A stretch of 64,000 nucleotides of DNA from Andalucia godoyi And28 (Eukaryota; Protista; Jakobida), in assembly GCA_009859145.1 (NCBI GenBank), contig VRVR01000040.1, positions 184,871-248,870 on the forward strand. Direction: 5' to 3'. This document shows, piece after piece, positions 40,768 through 51,132 of this stretch; positions within the stretch are counted from its first letter, which is position 1, and every line of letters starts with the position of its first letter. The position numbers were made by a program, and so were the translations under genes. The notes beneath the pieces are model-generated. The model was not told the origin of the DNA, made no database searches, and was given only the letters and a program-made list of their open reading frames with translations.

Positions 40768-42309
40768 ATGTTTGCGAATCGTGTGATACCGTCGACGGGG
40801 GAGCTGACATGGAACAGTCTTCCGGCGACTTTTCCATCGGACCAAACGAGCCGGATCCGCGTTGCTGCATTGACGTCGCAGCTGCATTCGCTGACAAAGT
40901 ATTCCATCGAGCTTTTGGCAGAACTGTCGTCGGAAGTTTCAATGACGACTTCGAACCTTAATAAGCTTTCGAGACGCACAGAAAATCTGTTTTCGCTTGT
41001 TTCTGGCGCGAATTCACCTTCTCAGACATCGCGAATCCCGGATCGAGTCGATGTTCTTGCCCCATCCTCGCATTATTCGAACCCGATGAACCTTGCAGGA
41101 CCACCATTTCTGGAAGATTCGATGCCGCTGGGGTTGAAGGAAGCGTATGAAAGCGCAGAGGGCCCTCCAGCGTTGCAGACGCTTGATGTTTACGAGCCGA
41201 GCGGCAAATCCAGTGTGAAAAAGTGGTCGAATCCGTTCCGACTGTTTGAGGAATGGGCGAACAGCGAGAATGAAAGACAGGAGAAGGAGCGCGAGTTGCG
41301 AAAGGACAGAAAGCGGAAGGAACGACAGACTCGGAAGCATCATGATAAGCGAACGCTTCCGTCGATCCAAGTGAAGAAGTTTGAGAATCCAGAGGGACTC
41401 GGTCCATCCAAACAACATCCTCCTCCATCATCCGCATCCTCTACTACTTCTTCCAATGCACAATCTTCTGGAGCCAATGGCAACATCTCGTATGCAGCAT
41501 ACACCGCAACCACGACCACGAATGCAAGTGCAAAGCCCAAGAGAGATGAGGAGCCAATGGTCGTTCAAAAGTCGTCTGCAGACCAGCCGGCCCACTCGCC
41601 GCCGCCCCCTCAGCTCAGTTCCAGCAACAACAATGCCCACAACCAAAGCAATGCACATCAAGCCACGAGTCGATCGACGCACAACAGCAACAACAACAAC
41701 AACAGCCACAACACCAATCATGCCGCTGTGGCTGCCAGTAGCGCAGCTGCCCCTCCACCTCCCCCTCCCCCTCCCCCACAAGCCGCGTCAGCATTATCGT
41801 CATCTTCGGCGGCATCTCCGCCACCTCCGCCACCGCCTCCGCCACCTCCTATTTTACAACAGCAATCGTCAGCGTCGTCTTCTGCGCCATCGTCCAAAGG
41901 TCCTCCACCACCACCTCCTCCACCACCACCACCTCCTCCACCACCAGCACCGGCACCGGCATCAGCAGCGGCATTGGCACCGGCTTTGGGAGCAAGCCCA
42001 AGTGGACTGAAGGTGGAGATCCCGACATCCGAGGGCCGTGGCGCGCTCTTGGACTCGATAAAGTCGCCTGTCCAACTCCGAAAAGTGGAAACGAACTCGG
42101 ATCGTGGGTCTGTGGGCGGAAAAGGCGACTTGTTGTCGCAGATTCGATCGGGTGCGTCGCTGAAGCGAGCGTCGGACCGTGTGCTGTCTGCTCCGAAGCC
42201 ATCGGCCACGACTCCCAACACAATGCAGTCGATGGCTGCGATTCTGCAGTCCAAGTTTGCGCTTGCCCGGGGCGACGACTCCGATGACGATTGGTCCGAC
42301 GATGATTAA
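40768..42309 (+). CDS. SCAR: SCAR/WAVE Arp2/3 activator
   Basis: WHD (LTKYSIELLAEL, PPALQTLD, WSNPFRLFEEW), basic region, poly-Pro tracts, two WH2 motifs, C helix, acidic DDDWSDDD. Confidence 0.9.
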   Translation: MFANRVIPSTGELTWNSLPATFPSDQTSRIRVAALTSQLHSLTKYSIELLAELSSEVSMTTSNLNKLSRRTENLFSLVSGANSPSQTSRIPDRVDVLAPSSHYSNPMNLAGPPFLEDSMPLGLKEAYESAEGPPALQTLDVYEPSGKSSVKKWSNPFRLFEEWANSENERQEKERELRKDRKRKERQTRKHHDKRTLPSIQVKKFENPEGLGPSKQHPPPSSASSTTSSNAQSSGANGNISYAAYTATTTTNASAKPKRDEEPMVVQKSSADQPAHSPPPPQLSSSNNNAHNQSNAHQATSRSTHNSNNNNNSHNTNHAAVAASSAAAPPPPPPPPPQAASALSSSSAASPPPPPPPPPPPILQQQSSASSSAPSSKGPPPPPPPPPPPPPPPAPAPASAAALAPALGASPSGLKVEIPTSEGRGALLDSIKSPVQLRKVETNSDRGSVGGKGDLLSQIRSGASLKRASDRVLSAPKPSATTPNTMQSMAAILQSKFALARGDDSDDDWSDDD

Positions 42310-42462
42310 CAGAGTCGACTGCATGTGGAAATGAGAGTGCAGAAAAAGCATATAAACCCAGATCTTTTTTTTTTTAAGAATATTATTAACTAGCTCATTT
42401 TCATCATTCTCCCTTTGTACGGCAACGACGACGACAACGGTGGTGATCAGAATTGCGTAGTG

Positions 42463-42833
42463 TCAGTAGAAGATGTGATGCGCGACACCGAGAAAGCCTC
42501 CGATGAGAAAGATAGCTTGCGGGAAGGAGGCGAGGATGAATCCGAATTCACGCTTCTTTGGATCGGCAATGTACCCGACGAAATACACTACGCGACCGAC
42601 GACCCATGCGAGCCCGAGCAAGGATCCGATTGGACCGTTCACTTCGAGACAGAACGCCCAAAGCCCACCGAGAAAAGCAGGAATGTTCTCCAAATGGTTC
42701 ATGTGGACTCGGAAGAACCGCTCCAAAACCGGGTTTCCAGTCGTTGCAGATACTGCTTGCGCTTGACGCCACAAATCGTGCCAAATGCAACAGGTTCCAT
42801 CCACGCAAACAGCGAAATCGCCGCCGGATGCAT
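42463..42833 (-). pseudogene. MAPEG-family (MGST2/LTC4S-like) gene with internal frameshift
   Basis: Frame A from ATG 42833: MHPAAISLFAWMEPVAFGTICGVKRKQY. Frame B from 42747: ATTGNPVLERFFRVHMNHLE...GRVVYFVGY. Only 2 nt (CT) separate Y and A. Confidence 0.7.
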
Positions 42834-43477
42834 TCCCCAATGACAACGAACACTACGATATTCCTTTTATTCAAATAAATTAAAATAAAATAAACAAACG
42901 AAGAGTAAAAAACAAACGCCGCAAAGACTCTGCTTTGTTGCAGTTCGTTGATAAGGAAAGAATTCCAAAAGACCGACGCGCTTACATTGTACACTAATCA
43001 CGGATAATCATCGCTGATCACCCATAATCAATGCTGCAACCCAAACAACATGCATAATGCGACGCGGCGGCGTGTGTATAGGGATTTCCTGATCAAAATG
43101 GGGGCGAAACGAATCGGGCATCGTGTGACGGAGTTGCTTAAGATAACCAATGCATGCGCATGGCGCGTGGCAGTGTGCTTGTTTACGTGTGCTGTTAGAC
43201 TGCTTTCATCATATCGCAATAAAAGTGGCAACGGCATTATGCGGCCATGGGAAAAAGGTCCGGTGCTCGTTTTTTATTTTTACGACAGATATCCAGTGTA
43301 TTGTCGAAAGAATCAAAAAAGAAATCCTCTTCCGCGAATTTCTTTCTCTTTGCAATAGCGCGTCATCACAGTTGTTATTGTGAATGTATTTCCAAAGTAA
43401 AGAAAGATAATACGTTGCTCGGAATAAGAAGAAAAGAGGGAAAGAAGAAAAGAAAGAGGCTAGGAAAGAGAGAGGAG

Positions 43478-45556
43478 ATGTTAAAGCGATTGTTCTCGTC
43501 TGCGGCGACAACTGCGACGCGACGGTCCACAGCTCAGAAGTCGACTTCTGGAAAACCGTCTTTGGACGCGGCGTCTCGGCGCATTCTTCTTTTGAAAACG
43601 GGGAAGATTGCACGAAAGCCCCGAGCAGGAGACGCGGATTCCTCAGTCCTCGCAAGGGAACTTATAGAAAAGCCGTTATCGCAGGAGCATGCGAGCCGGT
43701 CGAGCAGCCTACTAGTATCGACGGATAAGTCACGGTCGCTCAATGCACAGCTTCGAGGCGTGATGAGCGAAGGTCCGGATGCTGTTTCGCGTGTTCTGGG
43801 CAAGATTTCGCAAGATGAGTGGAGCCCTGCTGCGCGTGCGTTGTGGGTGGATTCATGTGGGAGCGATGTCCAGTTGGCGCTGGTCATCGCTGATAAGGCG
43901 TTGGAGGGCGTTGCGTTGTCGGACATTGCGGCGAGATGCGCAGTGTCGACGTCGGTGATCCAGGTTTGCATCCGTGCGGGCGATTTTGAAAAAGCAAAGA
44001 CTGTGTTTCGTGACTTGGAACGAACAGGACTTGCGATGGATCTTCCTCTGTACACTGCGTTCGTTGCAGGTGCGATCCAGACGGACCATTTCGACGATGC
44101 ATGGCAGGTGTTTGACGAGATGAGAAAGTTCACGAGGAACCAGCCCGACCAGGCGATGTTTTCTCTGTTGATCCATGCGTGTGCCAGAGAGTATCCCAAG
44201 GCCCTTGCGAGTTCTGGGCTCGTCGAACGGGCGTTTTCCTTGTTTTCAGAGATGAGATCGATGCACGGATACCTGCCAAACGAAATTACGCTGAATACGC
44301 TTATGCTTGCGGCCGCGAAGTCGGAAAAGTACTGCACAAAGGCATTCGAGCTCTTCTTTCAAAACTTTGATTTGGAGCATATGCGAACCATGGGGGTGTC
44401 AGAGCCGTCGGTATTACGCGCAAAGATCAATGTGTTCACCCTGCATGCTTTGCTGACCGCGTGTGCAACTGCAGGTGATCTGAAGGCGGCGCTTCTGGTT
44501 TGGAATGCTATGAAGACGTACGTACCAGAGAGAGATTTGGCGTCATTTCCAGCGACGCTGAGCACTCTTCTTCGATGCTGCTCCCGGTTTGCGCTCAAAA
44601 TTCGCGGTGTCGAAACAGGAGACATCCCGAGCACGTCATTCGCAAGAGCGTACTTGTCAGTGAATCTGAACAGCTACTATCCCAAGCTGGCGTCGATGTA
44701 TACAGAGTTCCGTTCTGGTGATCCTGCAACTGCAAAGGCCGGCTATCGCACCTTACCTCTGCATTTGCGAGAACTTAACGAACCGTCTGCACAGTCTGCT
44801 TCCGAGTTGGAAGAATTCCCTGCCGTGGACATTGACGAGAAGGGTGTCATCACGTACAAAGATGCGGAGCAAGTGCAAGAAGCACTTGTGGCGCCTGCAG
44901 GTCCGGCCGTCGCTGATCTGCTGCGGGAAGTAAAGACGTGCGCTCACCAGCTTGTGACTGATATGACCCTCCCACCGTTTTCCGTTGGCAAGTCGCTGTC
45001 TGTTGTCAACAGCTTGTTGGACGCCGAGCTGTCGTGCTCGATCCCGCAAGTGTCCCCAGTGTCCAACACGGAGTCGCTGCCTGTGGAAACGCCTTCCGTC
45101 TTATTCCGTCGTCTCTTTGCCGAGGCTCACATGTCGCCGACGCTTGTCTCCTACACAATCTTGTTGAAGCATCTCGCGCGTGCGGGAATGCCAGCCGAGA
45201 TTGAGAATGTGCTGGATGAAATGGATTCCATGCGCATTTCGCTTGATTTTGTTGCATGCCGCATCCTTTTTGAATTCAAGGCATTTCGAGAAGGCAACTT
45301 CCCAGCCGCCGTTTATTTCTTCAAACTGTTCCACCCCGACGCGAAACACGATGTGTCAAAGGTTCCGTTGTTCGAAGTCGTGAACTACTTGATGGAAACT
45401 CGTATGCGTGATGGTCGATTGTTTTCTCACTGGTCGAAGCAACTGCGTCAGTGCACGGCCGTGGAGCCAGAACAAAAGAAAGCGCTGGAAGCTCTCGTGA
45501 AGTCCACTTCGACGATTGCGGCTGCTGCACGTCGCCAATTAGGAAACTATCGATAA
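43478..45556 (+). CDS. Mitochondrial pentatricopeptide-repeat protein
   Basis: Presequence MLKRLFSS; PPR units such as LYTAFVAGAIQTDHFDDAWQVFDEM, PNEITLNTLMLAAAK, VSYTILLKHLARAG. Confidence 0.88.
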   Translation: MLKRLFSSAATTATRRSTAQKSTSGKPSLDAASRRILLLKTGKIARKPRAGDADSSVLARELIEKPLSQEHASRSSSLLVSTDKSRSLNAQLRGVMSEGPDAVSRVLGKISQDEWSPAARALWVDSCGSDVQLALVIADKALEGVALSDIAARCAVSTSVIQVCIRAGDFEKAKTVFRDLERTGLAMDLPLYTAFVAGAIQTDHFDDAWQVFDEMRKFTRNQPDQAMFSLLIHACAREYPKALASSGLVERAFSLFSEMRSMHGYLPNEITLNTLMLAAAKSEKYCTKAFELFFQNFDLEHMRTMGVSEPSVLRAKINVFTLHALLTACATAGDLKAALLVWNAMKTYVPERDLASFPATLSTLLRCCSRFALKIRGVETGDIPSTSFARAYLSVNLNSYYPKLASMYTEFRSGDPATAKAGYRTLPLHLRELNEPSAQSASELEEFPAVDIDEKGVITYKDAEQVQEALVAPAGPAVADLLREVKTCAHQLVTDMTLPPFSVGKSLSVVNSLLDAELSCSIPQVSPVSNTESLPVETPSVLFRRLFAEAHMSPTLVSYTILLKHLARAGMPAEIENVLDEMDSMRISLDFVACRILFEFKAFREGNFPAAVYFFKLFHPDAKHDVSKVPLFEVVNYLMETRMRDGRLFSHWSKQLRQCTAVEPEQKKALEALVKSTSTIAAAARRQLGNYR

Positions 45557-45810
45557 GATTTAAATTTTTTAAAATAAAAATCCAAAGCACCTTCCGATGA
45601 ATCATTCATCGACGCAATCGAACCGACGAACCAACGAACCAACGAACCAATCAAGAAAGAATGCGCGTGAAGCGTCGGTATACTAGTACTATACAAACAA
45701 CAATTTAAAAAAAATATAATGAATAATGAATGAGCGCGGGGCGCGGAAGAGGAAATGCTCACAGGAGCCTATAGAATAAATGACAGAAGTGGCCACCGTC
45801 AAACAACAAT

Positions 45811-47787
45811 CTATGCGCGAACGCGTTTTGCACCTTCATTCTTGAGACCCTCCACATATTCGGGAACTTTCGACGGTCGACTCATAATCAGTGACCAGCC
45901 ATACATCAGAGAGATGAAAAGGAACACGAGCCACACAAGACTGTATTGCACAGTGACCGAGAACCCGCCGCCAACAAAGAATGGACCCAGCGATCTCCAG
46001 AGAGACGAGAAGGACTGCGCTGCTCCTTGCGTCAGACCCTGACCATTTGCAGGCGCAGCATTGGTCAAGATCGTGTTGTTCACAGGAAGTGCAAGCATCA
46101 GTCCACACGACAACAACAGCGAATTGGTTCCAAACAAGAAGTAGAACAGAGCAAGACCGCCGGGGCTATCATTCATGTTGCGATACAGAAGCGAGAAAAT
46201 AGGGAAGATGCCGCATGAAAAGAAGAGCATCCACGAGCCGATGCGAAAGCACGCACGAAGTTGAAACTTCCGGAGCAACCACTTAAAGCACGTGATCTGA
46301 AACAGAAAGCCAGAGAGTCCAATGAAGAAAAACACAATTCCAATTTCAAGAGAAGTCATCCCAAGCCCTCCATTTTCCACAGCCAGCGCACAGAACAGCG
46401 TGACAGCCAACAGGATTGCGCCATTTCCCAGCGACACAATGCACTGCAGAAGAAAAACCCGCAGCAATACTGCATCCGCCCAAATAATCTTGACACCATG
46501 AATGATGGCGCCCAGCATTCCAGCAAAAAAGACGATGACGGCGAAACCTTTTGAATGTTTTGGCTTCCCGTCCATTGGAGAAGACGGACCATCATGAGAT
46601 GCATCCTTGACGAGAGGCTCGTGATCGTCACTTCTGGACTGCGAAGACGAAACAAGGTGTTCCAAATCACCGAGATCGTCAGTGCTCTGATGGGCACTCA
46701 CGGGCTCCGAAATCCCCAGCGAATGCGGAGTGGCAAACGAGCCGTCCAAGTCTCCAGCTGCACGCCTGCCGCGCGACGGCTTGGGCAACATGGATTTGCT
46801 CGTCTCGACTCCATACTGGAATTTCGTCTCCCACCATTTGACGAACCTTGATCTGTACTGGTTTTCAAGAACAATTACCTCGTGTCGATTTCTTTTTGTC
46901 TGCGTTTCTGGTAAAAACGCCAAGCTCAGCAGCAGGATGATGAGCAAGATCACGCCGCACACGAGGCACACCAGGGCGTACGGGTTTCCACCCAGCCACC
47001 ACGGGACGTCTTGGACGGAGCCCAGCATTCCACCCAACGCAGATGAAAACGATCGTCCAAATGCAAACGTGGCTCCGAGATAGGCGAACACAATTGCGCG
47101 GTTCCTGCCCGTGGTGATATCCGACATGGACGCCTTTGCTGCCGTCTGGTTGGCAGAAAGCAGGCCCTCGAGCCCACGCACCAGAATTGCTTGCCACACC
47201 GAGGTGCAAAATCCAAAAATAATCGTCGCAACCGCAGTCGAAAACATGCTTAGCCGGACGATTCCAACCCGACCCTTGGTGTCTGAAAGGTGGCCGAGAT
47301 AAATGGAAGAGAAAAAGCGTCCGATCAGGTACACCCCAACTATAATGCCCACATACAGGCCTATCTCTGCATCCGACGTCACGCCCATTTGGTGTCGCAT
47401 CATTTCAGGAAGCACTGGCTGAATCGCAGTTCCCGCCAACGCATCTCCAAACACCGTCAAGAACAAGATGAATATTGTAAATTTCGGTGTCTGCAGAAGA
47501 AACCGCTTCTTGTGCTCCGCATCGTCCTTTTCAAAAGGATCAGCATCATTGCTATTACCATCAGCAACTGCATCAGCTCGAGTTTCAGCATCCATGGCAG
47601 CAGACCCAATCGCCACCACCAATGCATCATGCTGATGAGCCGTCTCGGAGTCGTGGACTGCATGCCCATGCTTATCTGCGCCGATCGCCGCAGAATCCGC
47701 CTCTGGATCCGCGGTGCGGCGCACCTGCATTTCAGAACCATGTGGATTTGCCTGCTGTGTTTCAGACGAAAATCGCTGCGACTGCAT
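45811..47787 (-). CDS. Major facilitator superfamily transporter (DHA1/ZIFL-like)
   Basis: Motif A GHLSDTKGR, 12 TM in 6+6 arrangement with a large central loop. Confidence 0.9.
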   Translation of the reverse strand: MQSQRFSSETQQANPHGSEMQVRRTADPEADSAAIGADKHGHAVHDSETAHQHDALVVAIGSAAMDAETRADAVADGNSNDADPFEKDDAEHKKRFLLQTPKFTIFILFLTVFGDALAGTAIQPVLPEMMRHQMGVTSDAEIGLYVGIIVGVYLIGRFFSSIYLGHLSDTKGRVGIVRLSMFSTAVATIIFGFCTSVWQAILVRGLEGLLSANQTAAKASMSDITTGRNRAIVFAYLGATFAFGRSFSSALGGMLGSVQDVPWWLGGNPYALVCLVCGVILLIILLLSLAFLPETQTKRNRHEVIVLENQYRSRFVKWWETKFQYGVETSKSMLPKPSRGRRAAGDLDGSFATPHSLGISEPVSAHQSTDDLGDLEHLVSSSQSRSDDHEPLVKDASHDGPSSPMDGKPKHSKGFAVIVFFAGMLGAIIHGVKIIWADAVLLRVFLLQCIVSLGNGAILLAVTLFCALAVENGGLGMTSLEIGIVFFFIGLSGFLFQITCFKWLLRKFQLRACFRIGSWMLFFSCGIFPIFSLLYRNMNDSPGGLALFYFLFGTNSLLLSCGLMLALPVNNTILTNAAPANGQGLTQGAAQSFSSLWRSLGPFFVGGGFSVTVQYSLVWLVFLFISLMYGWSLIMSRPSKVPEYVEGLKNEGAKRVRA

Positions 47788-48640
47788 ATTTTTCTATGGA
47801 TTATGGCAGACAGACAGACAGACAGACAGACAGAAACTGAAAAGAGAAGGTAGTTCACAGCTCTCGTTTTTTCAAGTGTTGTCGGGTTGTATATGCTCCT
47901 GCGTGAGTATGAGTGTGAGTGTGAGTGTGAGTGTGAGTGTGAGTGTGAGCATGAGTGGGCCTGCACGTAAAGAAAAAAAACGAGAGCGAGAACGAGAATC
48001 GATTGACGAGAAACAGTACGCATCAGTGGTCTTTGAGCTTTCTTGTTTGATGCGAGCGGTGATGATGCACGGTGAAGTCGGACAGGTGGCAAAATGCGGG
48101 AATTAAGCAATACAGGAAAGATTGACAGGGTCGGAAATCGGAGAGAAAGTCCTGGAATGTCCGCCTTCTTCTTTTTGTTTATGTTTACGGTTGACGATGG
48201 AGATGGTGAGGAGGAAGGGCAGGAAGAAGAAGATCGTCAGACGGGAAACTTGCTGAGCAGGTTGAGGAAGAAATCACGGAGATGCGGTCGATTTGCGTTC
48301 GGACTGCGCTTTCAAGTCAGAGAACAAGAAGGAGCAGCGATGTGCAACGCCGCCGACCACATTCTGTTTCCTCCAACGTTCATTTTTGTATATTGAATGT
48401 TGAATCGATCTCCAAAAAATAAATATATAAATAAATAAATAAAGAAGAAAAAAAAACATGCGGCTGGGATCTGTCTTCAGTGACAGCTCAGCCGATGATC
48501 AATAAACGATTCATGTTTTGGCGAGAAAGTAGTTTACAAATGTGCGCAACGTAAATCGTGTTTTTCTTTTCTTCCTTCCCCGCTGCCTCCCTCGCAGCTT
48601 ACCGGCAAACCCGTTTCCAGTAGGAAACCGGGAGCTTTCC

Positions 48641-49978
48641 CTAACCAGTATACGTGAAGCCATCCTCAAAGTCGATCTGGAAGATCTGGTTGAAGATGGA
48701 GACGATCTGCGGGTTCGTGACCGCCAACGTAATGTCGCGATTGGCCTTTCTCCAGGTGTTCGGGTTGCTCGCAAATGTCGTGAACGTCATTGATCCGGAC
48801 GGATAGTCTGTCGGCGACCAGTTTCCGGACGACAAGAACACGGTGGTTCCGTCCACAATCCAGAACTTCTCATGGTTGAAGCGGAGACATTTGGGATCGG
48901 TTTTCTTGAATGAGATTCCGGCAGCATAGAGCTTCTTGTAACATTGCTGGGTCGTCTCGTAGTCATCCTGATCAAAGATGTGGTCCGAGACAATCATGTT
49001 GATGTGAATGCCACTCTGGTGCATGTCAATGAGCTTGCTGCACATATCATCGTCGTTGATCTGGTACATCGAGATTGTGATGGATCCCTTTGTGGAGTTC
49101 AGGCCGTACATCAGAGAGTCCAGCGCAGAGTCCGGGGATGCAAACGAAACAACATCAAAGGTGCCAGTGATGGGCTCCGAGAGCGACTTCCCAACATTAC
49201 AAGAGAATGTCTTCGTTGACGGGATATCCGGGTTGAGGTACGACTCGTCTGCAATCGTCTTCATGTCGTCAGCAGAGTACGTCTGTCCGGGCACGAGATC
49301 CGTCGCCTGGTCCCAGTCCAGCTCGACGATCGACATCAAGTAGTTCGTCCACTGCGGAGAGTCTTCGATGATCATTCCAGCTTCGCGGTTGGACATGAAC
49401 GACGTGTAGGAAAAGTTCACAGACGACACAGACACCCGCGCATCCGAGCCTCCGTTGTTGTCGGTCGCAATAAACTTGAGATGGATAAACGTAACCGTAG
49501 TGAAATAGCGCACCTTTGCTCCGGCAAGCTGCAAGAACGTCAGGGGATCAATCATTCCGGGGCACGCCGGCTGTTCATAGTTGTTCGTAAGGATCCGAAC
49601 GTTCACTCCTCGGTGAACTGCATTAAGCAATGCACGGAAGATGGGGAACTCTTCTCCGTTGCGCGCATAGGTGATGTTGCATCCTACGCACTTCTGAGTG
49701 GACCAGTCGGTGCATCCAGACCACGATGAGAATCCAGGCGTTGCAACCACGACCCATTTCTTTGCATTTTCAACCATGTTTGTCAGCGTACCGATCGTGT
49801 CCGTTGGCGAGAAAATCGGAGTCACAGTCGCAGAGACACCACTCGCGCGAAAAACCGGAATCGAGGCCGTATACGGCGATGTTTGGTGATCAAAGGACGG
49901 ATCCGAAGGCGGCGTCTGCGCACGGATGGCCAGAACAAGCACAAACAACAGTGCACACAAGTAGAATGCGCGGGGCAT
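48641..49978 (-). CDS. Secreted phospholipase D-superfamily protein with two HKD motifs
   Basis: Signal peptide MPRAFYLCALLFVLVLAIRA; HLKFIATD and HEKFWIVD (HxKxxxxD); SSGNWS. Confidence 0.88.
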   Translation of the reverse strand: MPRAFYLCALLFVLVLAIRAQTPPSDPSFDHQTSPYTASIPVFRASGVSATVTPIFSPTDTIGTLTNMVENAKKWVVVATPGFSSWSGCTDWSTQKCVGCNITYARNGEEFPIFRALLNAVHRGVNVRILTNNYEQPACPGMIDPLTFLQLAGAKVRYFTTVTFIHLKFIATDNNGGSDARVSVSSVNFSYTSFMSNREAGMIIEDSPQWTNYLMSIVELDWDQATDLVPGQTYSADDMKTIADESYLNPDIPSTKTFSCNVGKSLSEPITGTFDVVSFASPDSALDSLMYGLNSTKGSITISMYQINDDDMCSKLIDMHQSGIHINMIVSDHIFDQDDYETTQQCYKKLYAAGISFKKTDPKCLRFNHEKFWIVDGTTVFLSSGNWSPTDYPSGSMTFTTFASNPNTWRKANRDITLAVTNPQIVSIFNQIFQIDFEDGFTYTG

Positions 49979-50292
49979 TTTTTCCGTCTCCTTCCTGACT
50001 ACTTGCAATAATAATGTCTCATGGAATGAATGAGGAGAATTTATACACCAAAAAAATCAACAACGCATGTGAAAGCTCTAAAATAGGCGAAGGAAATCTC
50101 GTCGGATTTGGAAATCAATCGAACAACTGACAGTTGCCTCTTTTTCCTTCTACAGTCGCGGAGGACGGCATTAAAAAATAATAACAACAACAACCATAAA
50201 TGAAAGGAATCGTGAGAGAAGAGGCATTGAGGGGAGAGAGTCGCGGCGAAAGACGAGATTGGAGAAAGGAAAACTGGAAGAGAATAATTTAC

Positions 50293-50354
<62 letters not shown>

Positions 50355-50376
50355 GCAGTTGCATATACAAAACAGG

Positions 50377-50820
50377 TCATTGCCGTGGTTCAGAGGCTCC
50401 AAACAAGCGAGAGACAAGACTGGCAGCCTTCTTCGACAGTCTCTGTGCGTTTGTCCAAGTTTTGTAGTAGTTTTCTTTATCGACGAGCATTGAACAAGTT
50501 CGTTTCATCCCGCTGAGCTGCTTTTTTAAAGATGCATGAAACTTGGCTTTGAACGCCTCCAGCGATTCCTGTAGGGTGGGAGGCGGGGACGGAGAAGAAG
50601 CGGTGGGGACCGCAGGGTTTGGTGAAACTTCCTGAGAATTTGCTGCAGTGCTAGAGCGACCCGGGTGCTGCGCAGCAGCTGTCGGCGCGAGATTGAACTT
50701 TTCGACAAGAACCTTGAGTCCCCGGCAGTCAACCACCGTAGCCCCCTTTGGACCTTCCGAAACCTTTGTTACGCCAATGCAGTAGCTCGTTGATTGTGGC
50801 TGCGACTTTGGAACAGACAT
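50377..50820 (-). CDS. Hypothetical protein (147 aa)
   Basis: GC-rich ORF between spacers; no family recognised. Confidence 0.55.
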   Translation of the reverse strand: MSVPKSQPQSTSYCIGVTKVSEGPKGATVVDCRGLKVLVEKFNLAPTAAAQHPGRSSTAANSQEVSPNPAVPTASSPSPPPTLQESLEAFKAKFHASLKKQLSGMKRTCSMLVDKENYYKTWTNAQRLSKKAASLVSRLFGASEPRQ

Positions 50821-51132
50821 ACAGGGTATACACTTATGTGGATTTTTCTACTTCTTTTTTAGTATTCTCGTGTCATTGATTGGCTGATCATCCGAGAAAA
50901 AGAGAGAAAGATAAGGAGAAGGAGAAGGAGAAGAGAGAGAGAAGAAACAAAATGAAAAGTACAGTACTGCACTGTTTAAAACCTGGGATTTGAGAAGCAA
51001 ATCCAAGCATCAACTCGATGCTAAGCGGGGCGCTTTGTGCAAAAGATTCGACGCGTTTTCCAAGATGCAAAGGCGCACTCTTCTTCCTTTTCCCGGTTTT
51101 ATTGCACTTATTTTACGTTTGGCTTGTGAGTG

